From assembly GCF_009914755.1 (NCBI RefSeq), contig NC_060928.1: a stretch of DNA of 64,000 bases. The stretch is one strand, 5' to 3'. Every line of letters starts with the position of its first letter. The first letter of the stretch is position 1. The notes below the pieces were generated by a model. That model ran no database searches, was not told the origin of the DNA, and saw nothing but the letters and a program-made list of their open reading frames with translations. Shown here in pieces: positions 38,092 through 52,326 of this stretch. Source of the DNA: the human T2T-CHM13v2.0 reference genome, Homo sapiens. The position numbers were made by a program, and so were the translations under genes.

Positions 38092-41000
38092 TCTCAGTGG
38101 AAGTACCGACCCACACGTAGGGGTGCACACACACACGCACACACACAGACACACACATAACTACACCCAGAAGCGCGCACGCAAACACACACACACCCAC
38201 ACAAACACGAACACCGTCAATCCTACATAAACTAATGAGGAGCCCAAGTTTCTATCTCTACAACAGGGACAACTGGATAGTGATGGCTACATCTCAGGAT
38301 GAGCCCGCATATGGGAAACATCAAGTTTTGGGGTCGTGAGTCTTCCGAACCTCTGGTGGGACTGTCTGAGTGTTTGTGTTCATGATAGGCGACATTCAGT
38401 GTGTATTTCTGAATATGACCTACCGACGTGTAGGTTTGCGTGTGAGGTAATTGCAGGGGACTCGGTTTCGTATTTTCTCTTGGGGTGTGTTTCATTCGTC
38501 AGTTGTTGGTCGGCATGAGAAGGTGAAATGTGGCTCATGTGGGACATCCGTGGATCATTCTCGCCACCTTGAATAGTGGAAACTGGAATGCATTTGGAAG
38601 AGAAGAACGGTGCTCTTCTTTCTTCCCCGGGCTCGCCGTTTTTACACTGGTTCCTGAATGGACCTCAGGCGCCCTGGGACTTGTGCTCTTGCTGGAACCC
38701 ACATAACGCCGGAAGCGGACAGACCGACTTGCCTGTTTCACGGTGCCCGCTTCCCATGAGTCGAAACGGAAAATTTTCCCACGGGCATGTAAGTCATCTG
38801 GAAGTAAGCTGTATTGATAATAAAGGAAAGCAAACACAGGAGTGTGTGTATTCAACTGAAATAAATTCAGAAAGCCCTGAAATCAATCTCACTGGGTGTG
38901 TTTAAAAATGGCATTTGGGGAATTTCTGGGTCATTTGTCCAGCTGCGAAAGCTGCATCTCTGAAGCACAGTCCCTGTCCCGCAGTGAGACTTATTGATCC
39001 GACGTGGTGTTTCCGTGGAAATGATTGTGGGAAATGGCCCCTTCCTTTTCTCTATTTGCTGATTAGACTTCATGGTCCCTTTCTCGTCAGGTACAGTGAT
39101 CAAAGTTGACCAACCCCAGAGGAAAGCTGCCCAGGGCACAACTCAGGGCTCCGTAGAACCACAGAATCTTGGGCGCAACCCTGCTCAAGCACCCAAATGT
39201 GCATACGAACAGGGTCTCCGTGTGACGTGTGTGAAAACTACAGTGTGATGAGCATGACTGGCAGACAGCTTATCGATTGGGCTCCCCTCAAAATCGGTTA
39301 TGAGCATTCAAGCACACCGATGCCCAGGTCCCGGCTGCAGGAATAAGACCCTCCAGGGTCTTGTGTGAAGCCTCGGCATCTGCATTGCTCATGCTTCTGG
39401 GGATCATTCTCCTGAAAATGGTGGCTCCTTTCTCCCTGTGGAGCATCTTTCTAAGCAGCGCTCTTTTCTTCCCCCAGGACACTTTACATCCGGCACAGGA
39501 AGCCTTCTGATGGAGCACACCTGGCCCATGAAAAGACAAGGGAAAGAAACGGGGCCAAAGGTCACAGTCCTCTCATCCCATCATCCTCCTTAAAATCATC
39601 CTAATTTCATGGGCCCTGAAGCCAGGGCTGTTTCTTTACACCTAGAGGCCTTGGCGCCGGGCCTCAATTCCGCCCTGTTCCTTACCGTCTAAGACATGTT
39701 GGGAAAATCCCTAGAGCCAGGATCTTCATTCCCGCTAAGCCAGACAGCCGGAAGACACACCCAAATTCTGTCCCTCTTACTTCAGGGAACATGTCCACTT
39801 TCGGCAGCATTACAATTTTGGCACCAAATGTGCTAACTGCAATTCCACCATACAATGCGTAACTGGAAATGGAGGCAACATCTCCGATCCTGAACGATCG
39901 ATGCGAGAATCCAGGATATGCACGGCTTATTTTGGCCTTTTCCCACTGAAACAAGGGCCAGTATTAAAAATGGCACGCTATCCTCTGTTTCACTCCCTGC
40001 TTTTAAACGTCTCCGATGTTTCTCCCTGAGACAGGGCCTCACTTCCGTCAGCCGGGCTTTTCTACGGTATAATTTTCCTTGTTTGCTTTTGTCCAAATTA
40101 GAACTTTTTATTTCATCTCTAGGAAACGTTGATCCATTATCACATACGTATGGAAATATTATCACACGTGCTGTGAGATACGTTGTTTTTATTTTCATCA
40201 ATTCCTTAATAAACAAAAGGTTATAGCTGGGATACCTTCTGAGTTCTCAAGTTTTTTGTTTCGTGTTTTCTTAAACTGCCGTCGCACGTCCGAAACCGCT
40301 CACTATGCAGTGTCATGACCGTCTCTCTTTTCTGGCAAACATAAATTTGGGGATTGTCATCAATTAGTCTCTCGGGGATTGCATGATTTCCCCAAAGGCT
40401 TTCACAGTCTACTTTGTGCACTGAGTATCTCTTCAAACTTCAGTGCATGTTTCTACCATTTGATGCTTTCTTATTTGGCAATCTAGCTTCCACAAGAGCA
40501 TTTCATGCAAAGACTTGTCTTGTTCTCCACTGGCAGGTAATTTCACTCGGACAGAGAATCAATAGGCTCAACGTGGAAAGGTTATCGCTGGAAGGTCTGT
40601 TTGATTCCACGGATCTCTCCTTTCTCACTAGGGAAGAAAATACGCTGTGCTAAATACTATACTTCATTGACTATTCTCAGGTCAGAAAGCGCACTTTCGA
40701 CTTCTTGTCCTTCCGTCGCTGAGAGGATGATGGCAGCTGCCAAAAGTACCTACTTGGAGGTTCATCCCAGCACAAACACACACACACACACGCCACCCCC
40801 CCACACACACAAACACACTCACACACACACACGCACACGGTTTCCTAGGTAAAGATTTCTTCCCTGCCATTGCTTTACCTAAAATAAGGCAACTGTGAGG
40901 CCACTGTCCCAACCCGGTTACACTCCTATTATATGTGCCTATCATCCTGAGGAGTAATTTGATTTAGGTGTTCTGGAAGTCATGCTGTGGGCTGTGTCTG

Positions 41001-41243
41001 TTGAATTCCCAGCGATGCCAGGGGACACACCCTGTGACTCCTTCCTGAATTGAGTGCTGATATTTGATTGGCTTATCGCGCACCTGATGAGTGGGTGGGG
41101 TGTTCGCGGTTGGTGGGGGTGACTTACAGAAGGGCTGATGCGGCCAGAGAGCTCGTCATTTGAAGACTCTCTCGGAAGGGATAGCGTCTTTCTGCAACCT
41201 GCGGTCCCAGCAGACAAACCTTGTGATCCTCGTTCCAGTCGAC

Positions 41244-42836
41244 ATGGAGGACGACTCACTCTACTTGGGAGGTGAGTGGCAGTTCAACCACTTTTCAAAA
41301 CTCACATCTTCTCGGCCAGATGCAGCTTTTGCTGAAATCCAGCGGACTTCTCTCCCTGAGAAGTCACCACTCTCATGTGAGACCCGTGTCGACCTCTGTG
41401 ATGATTTGGCTCCTGTGGCAAGACAGCTTGCTCCCAGGGAGAAGCTTCCTCTGAGTAGCAGGAGACCTGCTGCGGTGGGGGCTGGGCTCCAGAATATGGG
41501 AAATACCTGCTACGTGAACGCTTCCTTGCAGTGCCTGACATACACACCGCCCCTTGCCAACTACATGCTGTCCCGGGAGCACTCTCAAACGTGTCATCGT
41601 CACAAGGGCTGCATGCTCTGTACTATGCAAGCTCACATCACACGGGCCCTCCACAATCCTGGCCACGTCATCCAGCCCTCACAGGCATTGGCTGCTGGCT
41701 TCCATAGAGGCAAGCAGGAAGATGCTCATGAATTTCTCATGTTCACTGTGGATGCCATGAAAAAGGCATGCCTTCCCGGGCACAAGCAGGTAGATCATCA
41801 CTCTAAGGACACCACCCTCATCCACCAAATATTTGGAGGCTACTGGAGATCTCAAATCAAGTGTCTCCACTGCCACGGCATTTCAGACACTTTTGACCCT
41901 TACCTGGACATCGCCCTGGATATCCAGGCAGCTCAGAGTGTCCAGCAAGCTTTGGAACAGTTGGTGAAGCCCGAAGAACTCAATGGAGAGAATGCCTATC
42001 ATTGTGGTGTTTGTCTCCAGAGGGCGCCGGCCTCCAAGACGTTAACTTTACACACCTCTGCCAAGGTCCTCATCCTTGTATTGAAGAGATTCTCCGATGT
42101 CACAGGCAACAAGATTGCCAAGAATGTGCAATATCCTGAGTGCCTTGACATGCAGCCATACATGTCTCAGCAGAACACAGGACCTCTCGTCTATGTCCTC
42201 TATGCTGTGCTGGTCCACGCTGGGTGGAGTTGTCACAACGGACATTACTTCTCTTATGTCAAAGCTCAAGAAGGCCAGTGGTATAAAATGGATGATGCCG
42301 AGGTCACCGCCTCTAGCATCACTTCTGTCCTGAGTCAACAGGCCTACGTCCTCTTTTACATCCAGAAGAGTGAATGGGAAAGACACAGTGAGAGTGTGTC
42401 AAGAGGCAGGGAACCAAGAGCCCTTGGCGCAGAAGACACAGACAGGCGAGCAACGCAAGGAGAGCTCAAGAGAGACCACCCCTGCCTCCAGGCCCCCGAG
42501 TTGGACGAGCACTTGGTGGAAAGAGCCACTCAGGAAAGCACCTTAGACCACTGGAAATTCCTTCAAGAGCAAAACAAAACGAAGCCTGAGTTCAACGTCA
42601 AAAAAGTCGAAGGTACCCTGCCTCCCGACGTACTTGTGATTCATCAATCAAAATACAAGTGTGGGATGAAGAACCATCATCCTGAACAGCAAAGCTCCCT
42701 GCTAAACCTCTCTTCGACGACCCCGACACATCAGGAGTCCATGAACACTGGCACACTCGCTTCCCTGCGAGGGAGGGCCAGGAGATCCAAAGGGAAGAAC
42801 AAACACAGCAAGAGGGCTCTGCTTGTGTGCCAGTGA
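41244..42836 (+). CDS. USP17L: USP17L copy 9, 530 aa; K453
   Basis: Intact ORF with catalytic triad. Confidence 0.97.
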   Translation: MEDDSLYLGGEWQFNHFSKLTSSRPDAAFAEIQRTSLPEKSPLSCETRVDLCDDLAPVARQLAPREKLPLSSRRPAAVGAGLQNMGNTCYVNASLQCLTYTPPLANYMLSREHSQTCHRHKGCMLCTMQAHITRALHNPGHVIQPSQALAAGFHRGKQEDAHEFLMFTVDAMKKACLPGHKQVDHHSKDTTLIHQIFGGYWRSQIKCLHCHGISDTFDPYLDIALDIQAAQSVQQALEQLVKPEELNGENAYHCGVCLQRAPASKTLTLHTSAKVLILVLKRFSDVTGNKIAKNVQYPECLDMQPYMSQQNTGPLVYVLYAVLVHAGWSCHNGHYFSYVKAQEGQWYKMDDAEVTASSITSVLSQQAYVLFYIQKSEWERHSESVSRGREPRALGAEDTDRRATQGELKRDHPCLQAPELDEHLVERATQESTLDHWKFLQEQNKTKPEFNVKKVEGTLPPDVLVIHQSKYKCGMKNHHPEQQSSLLNLSSTTPTHQESMNTGTLASLRGRARRSKGKNKHSKRALLVCQ

Positions 42837-45800
42837 TCTCAGTGGAAGTACCGACCCACACGTAGGGGTGCACACACACACGCACACACACAGACACACA
42901 CATAACTACACCCAGAAGCGCGCACGCAAACACACACACACCCACACAAACACGAACACCGTCAATCCTACATAAACTAATGAGGAGCCCAAGTTTCTAT
43001 CTCTACAACAGGGACAACTGGATAGTGATGGCTACATCTCAGGATGAGCCCGCATATGGGAAACATCAAGTTTTGGGGTCGTGAGTCTTCCGAACCTCTG
43101 GTGGGACTGTCTGAGTGTTTGTGTTCATGATAGGCGACATTCAGTGTGTATTTCTGAATATGACCTACCGACGTGTAGGTTTGCGTGTGAGGTAATTGCA
43201 GGGGACTCGGTTTCGTATTTTCTCTTGGGGTGTGTTTCATTCGTCAGTTGTTGGTCGGCATGAGAAGGTGAAATGTGGCTCATGTGGGACATCCGTGGAT
43301 CATTCTCGCCACCTTGAATAGTGGAAACTGGAATGCATTTGGAAGAGAAGAACGGTGCTCTTCTTTCTTCCCCGGGCTCGCCGTTTTTACACTGGTTCCT
43401 GAATGGACCTCAGGCGCCCTGGGACTTGTGCTCTTGCTGGAACCCACATAACGCCGGAAGCGGACAGACCGACTTGCCTGTTTCACGGTGCCCGCTTCCC
43501 ATGAGTCGAAACGGAAAATTTTCCCACGGGCATGTAAGTCATCTGGAAGTAAGCTGTATTGATAATAAAGGAAAGCAAACACAGGAGTGTGTGTATTCAA
43601 CTGAAATAAATTCAGAAAGCCCTGAAATCAATCTCACTGGGTGTGTTTAAAAATGGCATTTGGGGAATTTCTGGGTCATTTGTCCAGCTGCGAAAGCTGC
43701 ATCTCTGAAGCACAGTCCCTGTCCCGCAGTGAGACTTATTTATCCGACGTGGTGTTTCCGTGGAAATGATTGTGGGAAATGGCCCCTTCCTTTTCTCTAT
43801 TTGCTGATTAGACTTCATGGTCCCTTTCTCGTCAGGTACAGTGATCAAAGTTGACCAACCCCAGAGGAAAGCTGCCCAGGGCACAACTCAGGGCTCCGTA
43901 GAACCACAGAATCTTGGGCGCAACCCTGCTCAAGCACCCAAATGTGCATACGAACAGGGTCTCCGTGTGACGTGTGTGAAAACTACAGTGTGATGAGCAT
44001 GACTGGCAGACAGCTTATCGATTGGGCTCCCCTCAAAATCGGTTATGAGCATTCAAGCACACCGATGCCCAGGTCCCGGCTGCAGGAATAAGACCCTCCA
44101 GGGTCTTGTGTGAAGCCTCGGCATCTGCATTGCTCATGCTTCTGGGGATCATTCTCCTGAAAATGGTGGCTCCTTTCTCCCTGTGGAGCATCTTTCTAAG
44201 CAGTGCTCTTTTCTTCCCCCAGGACACTTTACATCCGGCACAGGAAGCCTTCTGATGGAGCACACCTGGCCCATGAAAAGACAAGGGAAAGAAACGGGGC
44301 CAAAGGTCACAGTCCTCTCATCCCATCATCCTCCTTAAAATCATCCTAATTTCATGGGCCCTGAAGCCAGGGCTGTTTCTTTACACCTAGAGGCCTTGGC
44401 GCCGGGCCTCAATTCCGCCCTGTTCCTTACCGTCTAAGACATGTTGGGAAAATCCCTAGAGCCAGGATCTTCATTCCCGCTAAGCCAGACAGCCGGAAGA
44501 CACACCCAAATTCTGTCCCTCTTACTTCAGGGAACATGTCCACTTTCGGCAGCATTACAATTTTGGCACCAAATGTGCTAACTGCAATTCCACCATACAA
44601 TGCGTAACTGGAAATGGAGGCAACATCTCCGATCCTGAACGATCGATGCGAGAATCCAGGATATGCACGGCTTATTTTGGCCTTTTCCCACTGAAACAAG
44701 GGCCAGTATTAAAAATGGCACGCTATCCTCTGTTTCACTCCCTGCTTTTAAAAGTCTCCGATGTTTCTCCCTGAGACAGGGCCTCACTTCCGTCAGCCGG
44801 GCTTTTCTACGGTATAATTTTCCTTGTTTGCTTTTGTCCAAATTAGAACTTTTTATTTCATCTCTAGGAAACGTTGATCCATTATCACATACGTATGGAA
44901 ATATTATCACACATGCTGTGAGATACGTTGTTTTTATTTTCATCAATTCCTTAATAAACAAAAGGTTATAGCTGGGATACCTTCTGAGTTCTCAAGTTTT
45001 TTGTTTCGTGTTTTCTTAAACTGCCGTCGCACGTCCGAAACCGCTCACTATGCAGTGTCATGACCGTCTCTCTTTTCTGGCAAACATAAATTTGGGGATT
45101 GTCATCAATTAGTCTCTCGGGGATTGCATGATTTCCCCAAAGGCTTTCACAGTCTACTTTGTGCACTGAGTATCTCTTCAAACTTCAGTGCATGTTTCTA
45201 CCATTTGATGCTTTCTTATTTGGCAATCTAGCTTCCACAAGAGCATTTCATGCAAAGACTTGTCTTGTTCTCCACTGGCAGGTAATTTCACTCGGATAGA
45301 GAATCAATAGGCTCAACGTGGAAAGGTTATCGCTGGAAGGTCTGTTTGATTCCACGGATCTCTCCTTTCTCACTAGGGAAGAAAATACGCTGTGCTAAAT
45401 ACTATACTTCATTGACTATTCTCAGGTCAGAAAGCGCACTTTCGACTTCTTGTCCTTCCGTCGCTGAGAGGATGATGGCAGCTGCCAAAAGTACCTACTT
45501 GGAGGTTCATCCCAGCACAAACACACACACACACACGCCCCCCCACACACACACACAAACACACTCACACACACACACTCACACGGTTTCCTAGGTAAAG
45601 ATTTCTTCCCTGCCATTGCTTTACCTAAAATAAGGCAACTGTGAGGCCACTGTCCCAACCCGGTTACACTCCTATTATATGTGCCTATCATCCTGAGGAG
45701 TAATTTGATTCAGGTGTTCTGGAAGTCATGCTGTGGGCTGTGTCTGTTGAATTCCCAGCGATGCCAGGGGACACACCCTGTGACTCCTTCCTGAATTGAG

Positions 45801-45989
45801 TGCTGATATTTGATTGGCTTATCGCGCACCTGATGAGTGGGTGGGGTGTTCGCGGTTGGTGGGGGTGACTTACAGAAGGGCTGATGCGGCCAGAGAGCTC
45901 GTCATTTGAAGACTCTCTCGGAAGGGATAGCGTCTTTCTGCAACCTGCGGTCCCAGCAGACAAACCTTGTGATCCTCGTTCCAGTCGAC

Positions 45990-47582
45990 ATGGAGGACGA
46001 CTCACTCTACTTGGGAGGTGAGTGGCAGTTCAACCACTTTTCAAAACTCACATCTTCTCGGCCCGATGCAGCTTTTGCTGAAATCCAGCGGACTTCTCTC
46101 CCTGAGAAGTCACCACTCTCATGTGAGACCCGTGTCGACCTCTGTGATGATTTGGCTCCTGTGGCAAGACAGCTTGCTCCCAGGGAGAAGCTTCCTCTGA
46201 GTAGCAGGAGACCTGCTGCGGTGGGGGCTGGGCTCCAGAATATGGGAAATACCTGCTACGTGAACGCTTCCTTGCAGTGCCTGACATACACACCGCCCCT
46301 TGCCAACTACATGCTGTCCCGGGAGCACTCTCAAACGTGTCATCGTCACAAGGGCTGCATGCTCTGTACTATGCAAACTCACATCACACGGGCCCTCCAC
46401 AATCCTGGCCACGTCATCCAGCCCTCACAGGCATTGGCTGCTGGCTTCCATAGAGGCAAGCAGGAAGATGCTCATGAATTTCTCATGTTCACTGTGGATG
46501 CCATGAAAAAGGCATGCCTTCCCGGGCACAAGCAGGTAGATCATCACTCTAAGGACACCACCCTCATCCACCAAATATTTGGAGGCTACTGGAGATCTCA
46601 AATCAAGTGTCTCCACTGCCACGGCATTTCAGACACTTTTGACCCTTACCTGGACATCGCCCTGGATATCCAGGCAGCTCAGAGTGTCCAGCAAGCTTTG
46701 GAACAGTTGGTGAAGCCCGAAGAACTCAATGGAGAGAATGCCTATCATTGTGGTGTTTGTCTCCAGAGGGCGCCGGCCTCCAAGACGTTAACTTTACACA
46801 CCTCTGCCAAGGTCCTCATCCTTGTATTGAAGAGATTCTCCGATGTCACAGGCAACAAGATTGCCAAGAATGTGCAATATCCTGAGTGCCTTGACATGCA
46901 GCCATACATGTCTCAGCAGAACACAGGACCTCTCGTCTATGTCCTCTATGCTGTGCTGGTCCACGCTGGGTGGAGTTGTCACAACGGACATTACTTCTCT
47001 TATGTCAAAGCTCAAGAAGGCCAGTGGTATAAAATGGATGATGCCGAGGTCACCGCCTCTAGCATCACTTCTGTCCTGAGTCAACAGGCCTACGTCCTCT
47101 TTTACATCCAGAAGAGTGAATGGGAAAGACACAGTGAGAGTGTGTCAAGAGGCAGGGAACCAAGAGCCCTTGGCGCAGAAGACACAGACAGGCGAGCAAC
47201 GCAAGGAGAGCTCAAGAGAGACCACCCCTGCCTCCAGGCCCCCGAGTTGGACGAGCACTTGGTGGAAAGAGCCACTCAGGAAAGCACCTTAGACCACTGG
47301 AAATTCCTTCAAGAGCAAAACAAAACGAAGCCTGAGTTCAACGTCAGAAAAGTCGAAGGTACCCTGCCTCCCGACGTACTTGTGATTCATCAATCAAAAT
47401 ACAAGTGTGGGATGAAGAACCATCATCCTGAACAGCAAAGCGCCCTGCTAAACCTCTCTTCGACGACCCCGACACATCAGGAGTCCATGAACACTGGCAC
47501 ACTCGCTTCCCTGCGAGGGAGGGCCAGGAGATCCAAAGGGAAGAACAAACACAGCAAGAGGGCTCTGCTTGTGTGCCAGTGA
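45990..47582 (+). CDS. USP17L: USP17L copy 10, 530 aa; A130T, S485A
   Basis: Intact ORF with catalytic triad. Confidence 0.97.
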   Translation: MEDDSLYLGGEWQFNHFSKLTSSRPDAAFAEIQRTSLPEKSPLSCETRVDLCDDLAPVARQLAPREKLPLSSRRPAAVGAGLQNMGNTCYVNASLQCLTYTPPLANYMLSREHSQTCHRHKGCMLCTMQTHITRALHNPGHVIQPSQALAAGFHRGKQEDAHEFLMFTVDAMKKACLPGHKQVDHHSKDTTLIHQIFGGYWRSQIKCLHCHGISDTFDPYLDIALDIQAAQSVQQALEQLVKPEELNGENAYHCGVCLQRAPASKTLTLHTSAKVLILVLKRFSDVTGNKIAKNVQYPECLDMQPYMSQQNTGPLVYVLYAVLVHAGWSCHNGHYFSYVKAQEGQWYKMDDAEVTASSITSVLSQQAYVLFYIQKSEWERHSESVSRGREPRALGAEDTDRRATQGELKRDHPCLQAPELDEHLVERATQESTLDHWKFLQEQNKTKPEFNVRKVEGTLPPDVLVIHQSKYKCGMKNHHPEQQSALLNLSSTTPTHQESMNTGTLASLRGRARRSKGKNKHSKRALLVCQ

Positions 47583-50500
47583 TCTCAGTGGAAGTACCGA
47601 CCCACACGTAGGGGTGCACACACACACGCACACACACAGACACACACATAACTACACCCAGAAGCGCGCACGCAAACACACACACACCCACACAAACACG
47701 AACACCGTCAATCCTACATAAACTAATGAGGAGCCCAAGTTTCTGTCTCTACAACAGGGACAACTGGATAGTGATGGCTACATCTCAGGATGAGCCCGCA
47801 TATGGGAAACATCAAGTTTTGGGGTCGTGAGTCTTCCGAACCTCTGGTGGGACTGTCTGAGTGTTTGTGTTCATGATAGGCGACATTCAGTGTGTATTTC
47901 TGAATATGACCTACCGACGTGTAGGTTTGCGTGTGAGGTAATTGCAGGGGACTCGGTTTCGTATTTTCTCTTGGGGTGTGTTTCATTCGTCAGTTGTTGG
48001 TCGGCATGAGAAGGTGAAATGCGGCTCATGTGGGACATCCGTGGATCATTCTCGCCACCTTGAATAGTGGAAACTGGAATGCATTTGGAAGAGAAGAACG
48101 GTGCTCTTCTTTCTTCCCCGGGCTCGCCGTTTTTACACTGGTTCCTGAATGGACCTCAGGCGCCCTGGGACTTGTGCTCTTGCTGGAACCCACATAACGC
48201 CGGAAGCGGACAGACCGACTTGCCTGTTTCACGGTGCCCGCTTCCCATGAGTCGAAACGGAAAATTTTCCCACGGGCATGTAAGTCATCTGGAAGTAAGC
48301 TGTATTGATAATAAAGGAAAGCAAACACAGGAGTGTGTGTATTCAACTGAAATAAATTCAGAAAGCCCTGAAATCAATCTCACTGGGTGTGTTTAAAAAT
48401 GGCATTTGGGGAATTTCTGGGTCATTTGTCCAGCTGCGAAAGCTGCATCTCTGAAGCACAGTCCCTGTCCCGCAGTGAGACTTATTTATCCGACGTGGTG
48501 TTTCCGTGGAAATGATTGTGGGAAATGGCCCCTTCCTTTGCTCTATTTGCTGATTAGACTTCATGGTCCCTTTCTCGTCAGGTACAGTGATCAAAGTTGA
48601 CCAACCCCAGAGGAAAGCTGCCCAGGGCACAACTCAGGGCTCCGTAGAACCACAGAATCTTGGGCGCAACCCTGCTCAAGCACCCAAATGTGCATACGAA
48701 CAGGGTCTCCGTGTGACGTGTGTGAAAACTACAGTGTGATGAGCATGACTGGCAGACAGCTTATCGATTGGGCTCCCCTCAAAATCGGTTATGAGCATTC
48801 AAGCACACCGATGCCCAGGTCCCGGCTGCAGGAATAAGACCCTCCAGGGTCTTGTGTGAAGCCTCGGCATCTGCATTGCTCATGCTTCTGGGGATCATTC
48901 TCCTGAAAATGGTGGCTCCTTTCTCCCTGTGGAGCATCTTTCTAAGCAGTGCTCTTTTCTTCCCCCAGGACACTTTACATCCGGCACAGGAAGCCTTCTG
49001 ATGGAGCACACCTGGCCCATGAAAAGACAAGGGAAAGAAACGGGGCCAAAGGTCACAGTCCTCTCATCCCATCATCCTCCTTAAAATCATCCTAATTTCA
49101 TGGGCCCTGAAGCCAGGGCTGTTTCTTTACACCTAGAGGCCTTGGCGCCGGGCCTCAATTCCGCCCTGTTCCTTACCGTCTAAGACATGTTGGGAAAATC
49201 CCTAGAGCCAGGATCTTCATTCCTGCTAAGCCAGACAGCCGGAAGACACACCCAAATTCTGTCCCTCTTACTTCAGGGAACATGTCCACTTTCGGCAGCA
49301 TTACAATTTTGGCACCAAATGTGCTAACTGCAATTCCACCATACAATGCCTAACTGGAAATGGAGGCAACATCTCCGATCCTGAACGATCGATGCGAGAA
49401 TCCAGGATATGCACGGCTTATTTTGGCCTTTTCCCACTGAAACAAGGGCCAGTATTAAAAATGGCACGCTATCCTCTGTTTCACTCCCTGCTTTTAAACG
49501 TCTCCGATGTTTCTCCCTGAGACAGGGCCTCACTTCCGTCAGCCGGGCTTTTCTACGCTATAATTTTCCTTGTTTGCTTTTGTCCAAATTAGAACTTTTT
49601 ATTTCATCTCTAGGAAACGTTGATCCATTATCACATACGTATGGAAATATTATCACACGTGCTGTGAGATACGTTGTTTTTACTTTCATCAATTCCTTAA
49701 TAAACAAAAGGTTATAGCTGGGATACCTTCTGAGTTCTCAAGTTTTTTGTTTCGTGTTTTCTTAAACTGCCGTCGCACGTCCGAAACCGCTCACTATGCA
49801 GTGTCATGACCGTCTCTCTTTTCTGGCAAACATAAATTTGGGGATTGTCATCAATTAGTCTCTCGGGGATTGCATGATTTCCCCAAAGGCTTTCACAGTC
49901 TACTTTGTGCACTGAGTATCTCTTCAAACTTCAGTGCATGTTTCTACCATTTGATGCTTTCTTATTTGGCAATCTAGCTTCCACAAGAGCATTTCATGCA
50001 AAGACTTGTCTTGTTCTCCACTGGCAGGTAATTTCACTCGGACAGAGAATCAATAGGCTCAACGTGGAAAGGTTATCGCTGGAAGGTCTGTTTGATTCCA
50101 CGGATCTCTCCTTTCTCACTAGGGAAGAAAATACGCTGTGCTAAATACTATACTTCATTGACTATTCTCAGGTCAGAAAGCGCACTTTCGACTTCTTGTC
50201 CTTCCGTCGCTGAGAGGATGATGGCAGCTGCCAAAAGTACCTACTTGGAGGTTCATCCCAGCACAAACACACACACACACACGCCCCCCCCCACACACAC
50301 AAACACACTCACACACACACACGCACACGGTTTCCTAGGTAAAGATTTCTTCCCTGCCATTGCTTTACCTAAAATAAGGCAACTGTGAGGCCACTGTCCC
50401 AACCCGGTTACACTCCTATTATATGTGCCTATCATCCTGAGGAGTAATTTGATTTAGGTGTTCTGGAAGTCATGCTGTGGGCTGTGTCTGTTGAATTCCC

Positions 50501-50733
50501 AGCGATGCCAGGGGACACACCCTGTGACTCCTTCCTGAATTGAGTGCTGATATTTGATTGGCTTATCGCGCACCTGATGAGTGGGTGGGGTGTTCGCGGT
50601 TGGTGGGGGTGACTTACAGAAGGGCTGATGCGGCCAGAGAGCTCGTCATTTGAAGACTCTCTCGGAAGGGATAGCGTCTTTCTGCAACCTGCGGTCCCAG
50701 CAGACAAACCTTGTGATCCTCGTTCCAGTCGAC

Positions 50734-52326
50734 ATGGAGGACGACTCACTCTACTTGGGAGGTGAGTGGCAGTTCAACCACTTTTCAAAACTCACATCTT
50801 CTCGGCCCGATGCAGCTTTTGCTGAAATCCAGCGGACTTCTCTCCCTGAGAAGTCACCACTCTCATGTGAGACCCGTGTCGACCTCTGTGATGATTTGGC
50901 TCCTGTGGCAAGACAGCTTGCTCCCAGGGAGAAGCTTCCTCTGAGTAGCAGGAGACCTGCTGCGGTGGGGGCTGGGCTCCAGAATATGGGAAATACCTGC
51001 TACGTGAACGCTTCCTTGCAGTGCCTGACATACACACCGCCCCTTGCCAACTACATGCTGTCCCGGGAGCACTCTCAAACGTGTCATCGTCACAAGGGCT
51101 GCATGCTCTGTACTATGCAAGCTCACATCACACGGGCCCTCCACAATCCTGGCCACGTCATCCAGCCCTCACAGGCATTGGCTGCTGGCTTCCATAGAGG
51201 CAAGCAGGAAGATGCTCATGAATTTCTCATGTTCACTGTGGATGCCATGAAAAAGGCATGCCTTCCCGGGCACAAGCAGGTAGATCATCACTCTAAGGAC
51301 ACCACCCTCATCCACCAAATATTTGGAGGCTACTGGAGATCTCAAATCAAGTGTCTCCACTGCCACGGCATTTCAGACACTTTTGACCCTTACCTGGACA
51401 TCGCCCTGGATATCCAGGCAGCTCAGAGTGTCCAGCAAGCTTTGGAACAGTTGGTGAAGCCCGAAGAACTCAATGGAGAGAATGCCTATCATTGTGGTGT
51501 TTGTCTCCAGAGGGCGCCGGCCTCCAAGACGTTAACTTTACACACCTCTGCCAAGGTCCTCATCCTTGTATTGAAGAGATTCTCCGATGTCACAGGCAAC
51601 AAGATTGCCAAGAATGTGCAATATCCTGAGTGCCTTGACATGCAGCCATACATGTCTCAGCAGAACACAGGACCTCTCGTCTATGTCCTCTATGCTGTGC
51701 TGGTCCACGCTGGGTGGAGTTGTCACAACGGACATTACTTCTCTTATGTCAAAGCTCAAGAAGGCCAGTGGTATAAAATGGATGATGCCGAGGTCACCGC
51801 CTCTAGCATCACTTCTGTCCTGAGTCAACAGGCCTACGTCCTCTTTTACATCCAGAAGAGTGAATGGGAAAGACACAGTGAGAGTGTGTCAAGAGGCAGG
51901 GAACCAAGAGCCCTTGGCGCAGAAGACACAGACAGGCGAGCAACGCAAGGAGAGCTCAAGAGAGACCACCCCTGCCTCCAGGCCCCCGAGTTGGACGAGC
52001 ACTTGGTGGAAAGAGCCACTCAGGAAAGCACCTTAGACCACTGGAAATTCCTTCAAGAGCAAAACAAAACGAAGCCTGAGTTCAACGTCAGAAAAGTCGA
52101 AGGTACCCTGCCTCCCGACGTACTTGTGATTCATCAATCAAAATACAAGTGTGGGATGAAGAACCATCATCCTGAACAGCAAAGCTCCCTGCTAAACCTC
52201 TCTTCGACGACACCGACACATCAGGAGTCCATGAACACTGGCACACTCGCTTCCCTGCGAGGGAGGGCCAGGAGATCCAAAGGGAAGAACAAACACAGCA
52301 AGAGGGCTCTGCTTGTGTGCCAGTGA
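50734..52326 (+). CDS. USP17L: USP17L copy 11, 530 aa, consensus protein
   Basis: Intact ORF with catalytic triad. Confidence 0.97.
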   Translation: MEDDSLYLGGEWQFNHFSKLTSSRPDAAFAEIQRTSLPEKSPLSCETRVDLCDDLAPVARQLAPREKLPLSSRRPAAVGAGLQNMGNTCYVNASLQCLTYTPPLANYMLSREHSQTCHRHKGCMLCTMQAHITRALHNPGHVIQPSQALAAGFHRGKQEDAHEFLMFTVDAMKKACLPGHKQVDHHSKDTTLIHQIFGGYWRSQIKCLHCHGISDTFDPYLDIALDIQAAQSVQQALEQLVKPEELNGENAYHCGVCLQRAPASKTLTLHTSAKVLILVLKRFSDVTGNKIAKNVQYPECLDMQPYMSQQNTGPLVYVLYAVLVHAGWSCHNGHYFSYVKAQEGQWYKMDDAEVTASSITSVLSQQAYVLFYIQKSEWERHSESVSRGREPRALGAEDTDRRATQGELKRDHPCLQAPELDEHLVERATQESTLDHWKFLQEQNKTKPEFNVRKVEGTLPPDVLVIHQSKYKCGMKNHHPEQQSSLLNLSSTTPTHQESMNTGTLASLRGRARRSKGKNKHSKRALLVCQ

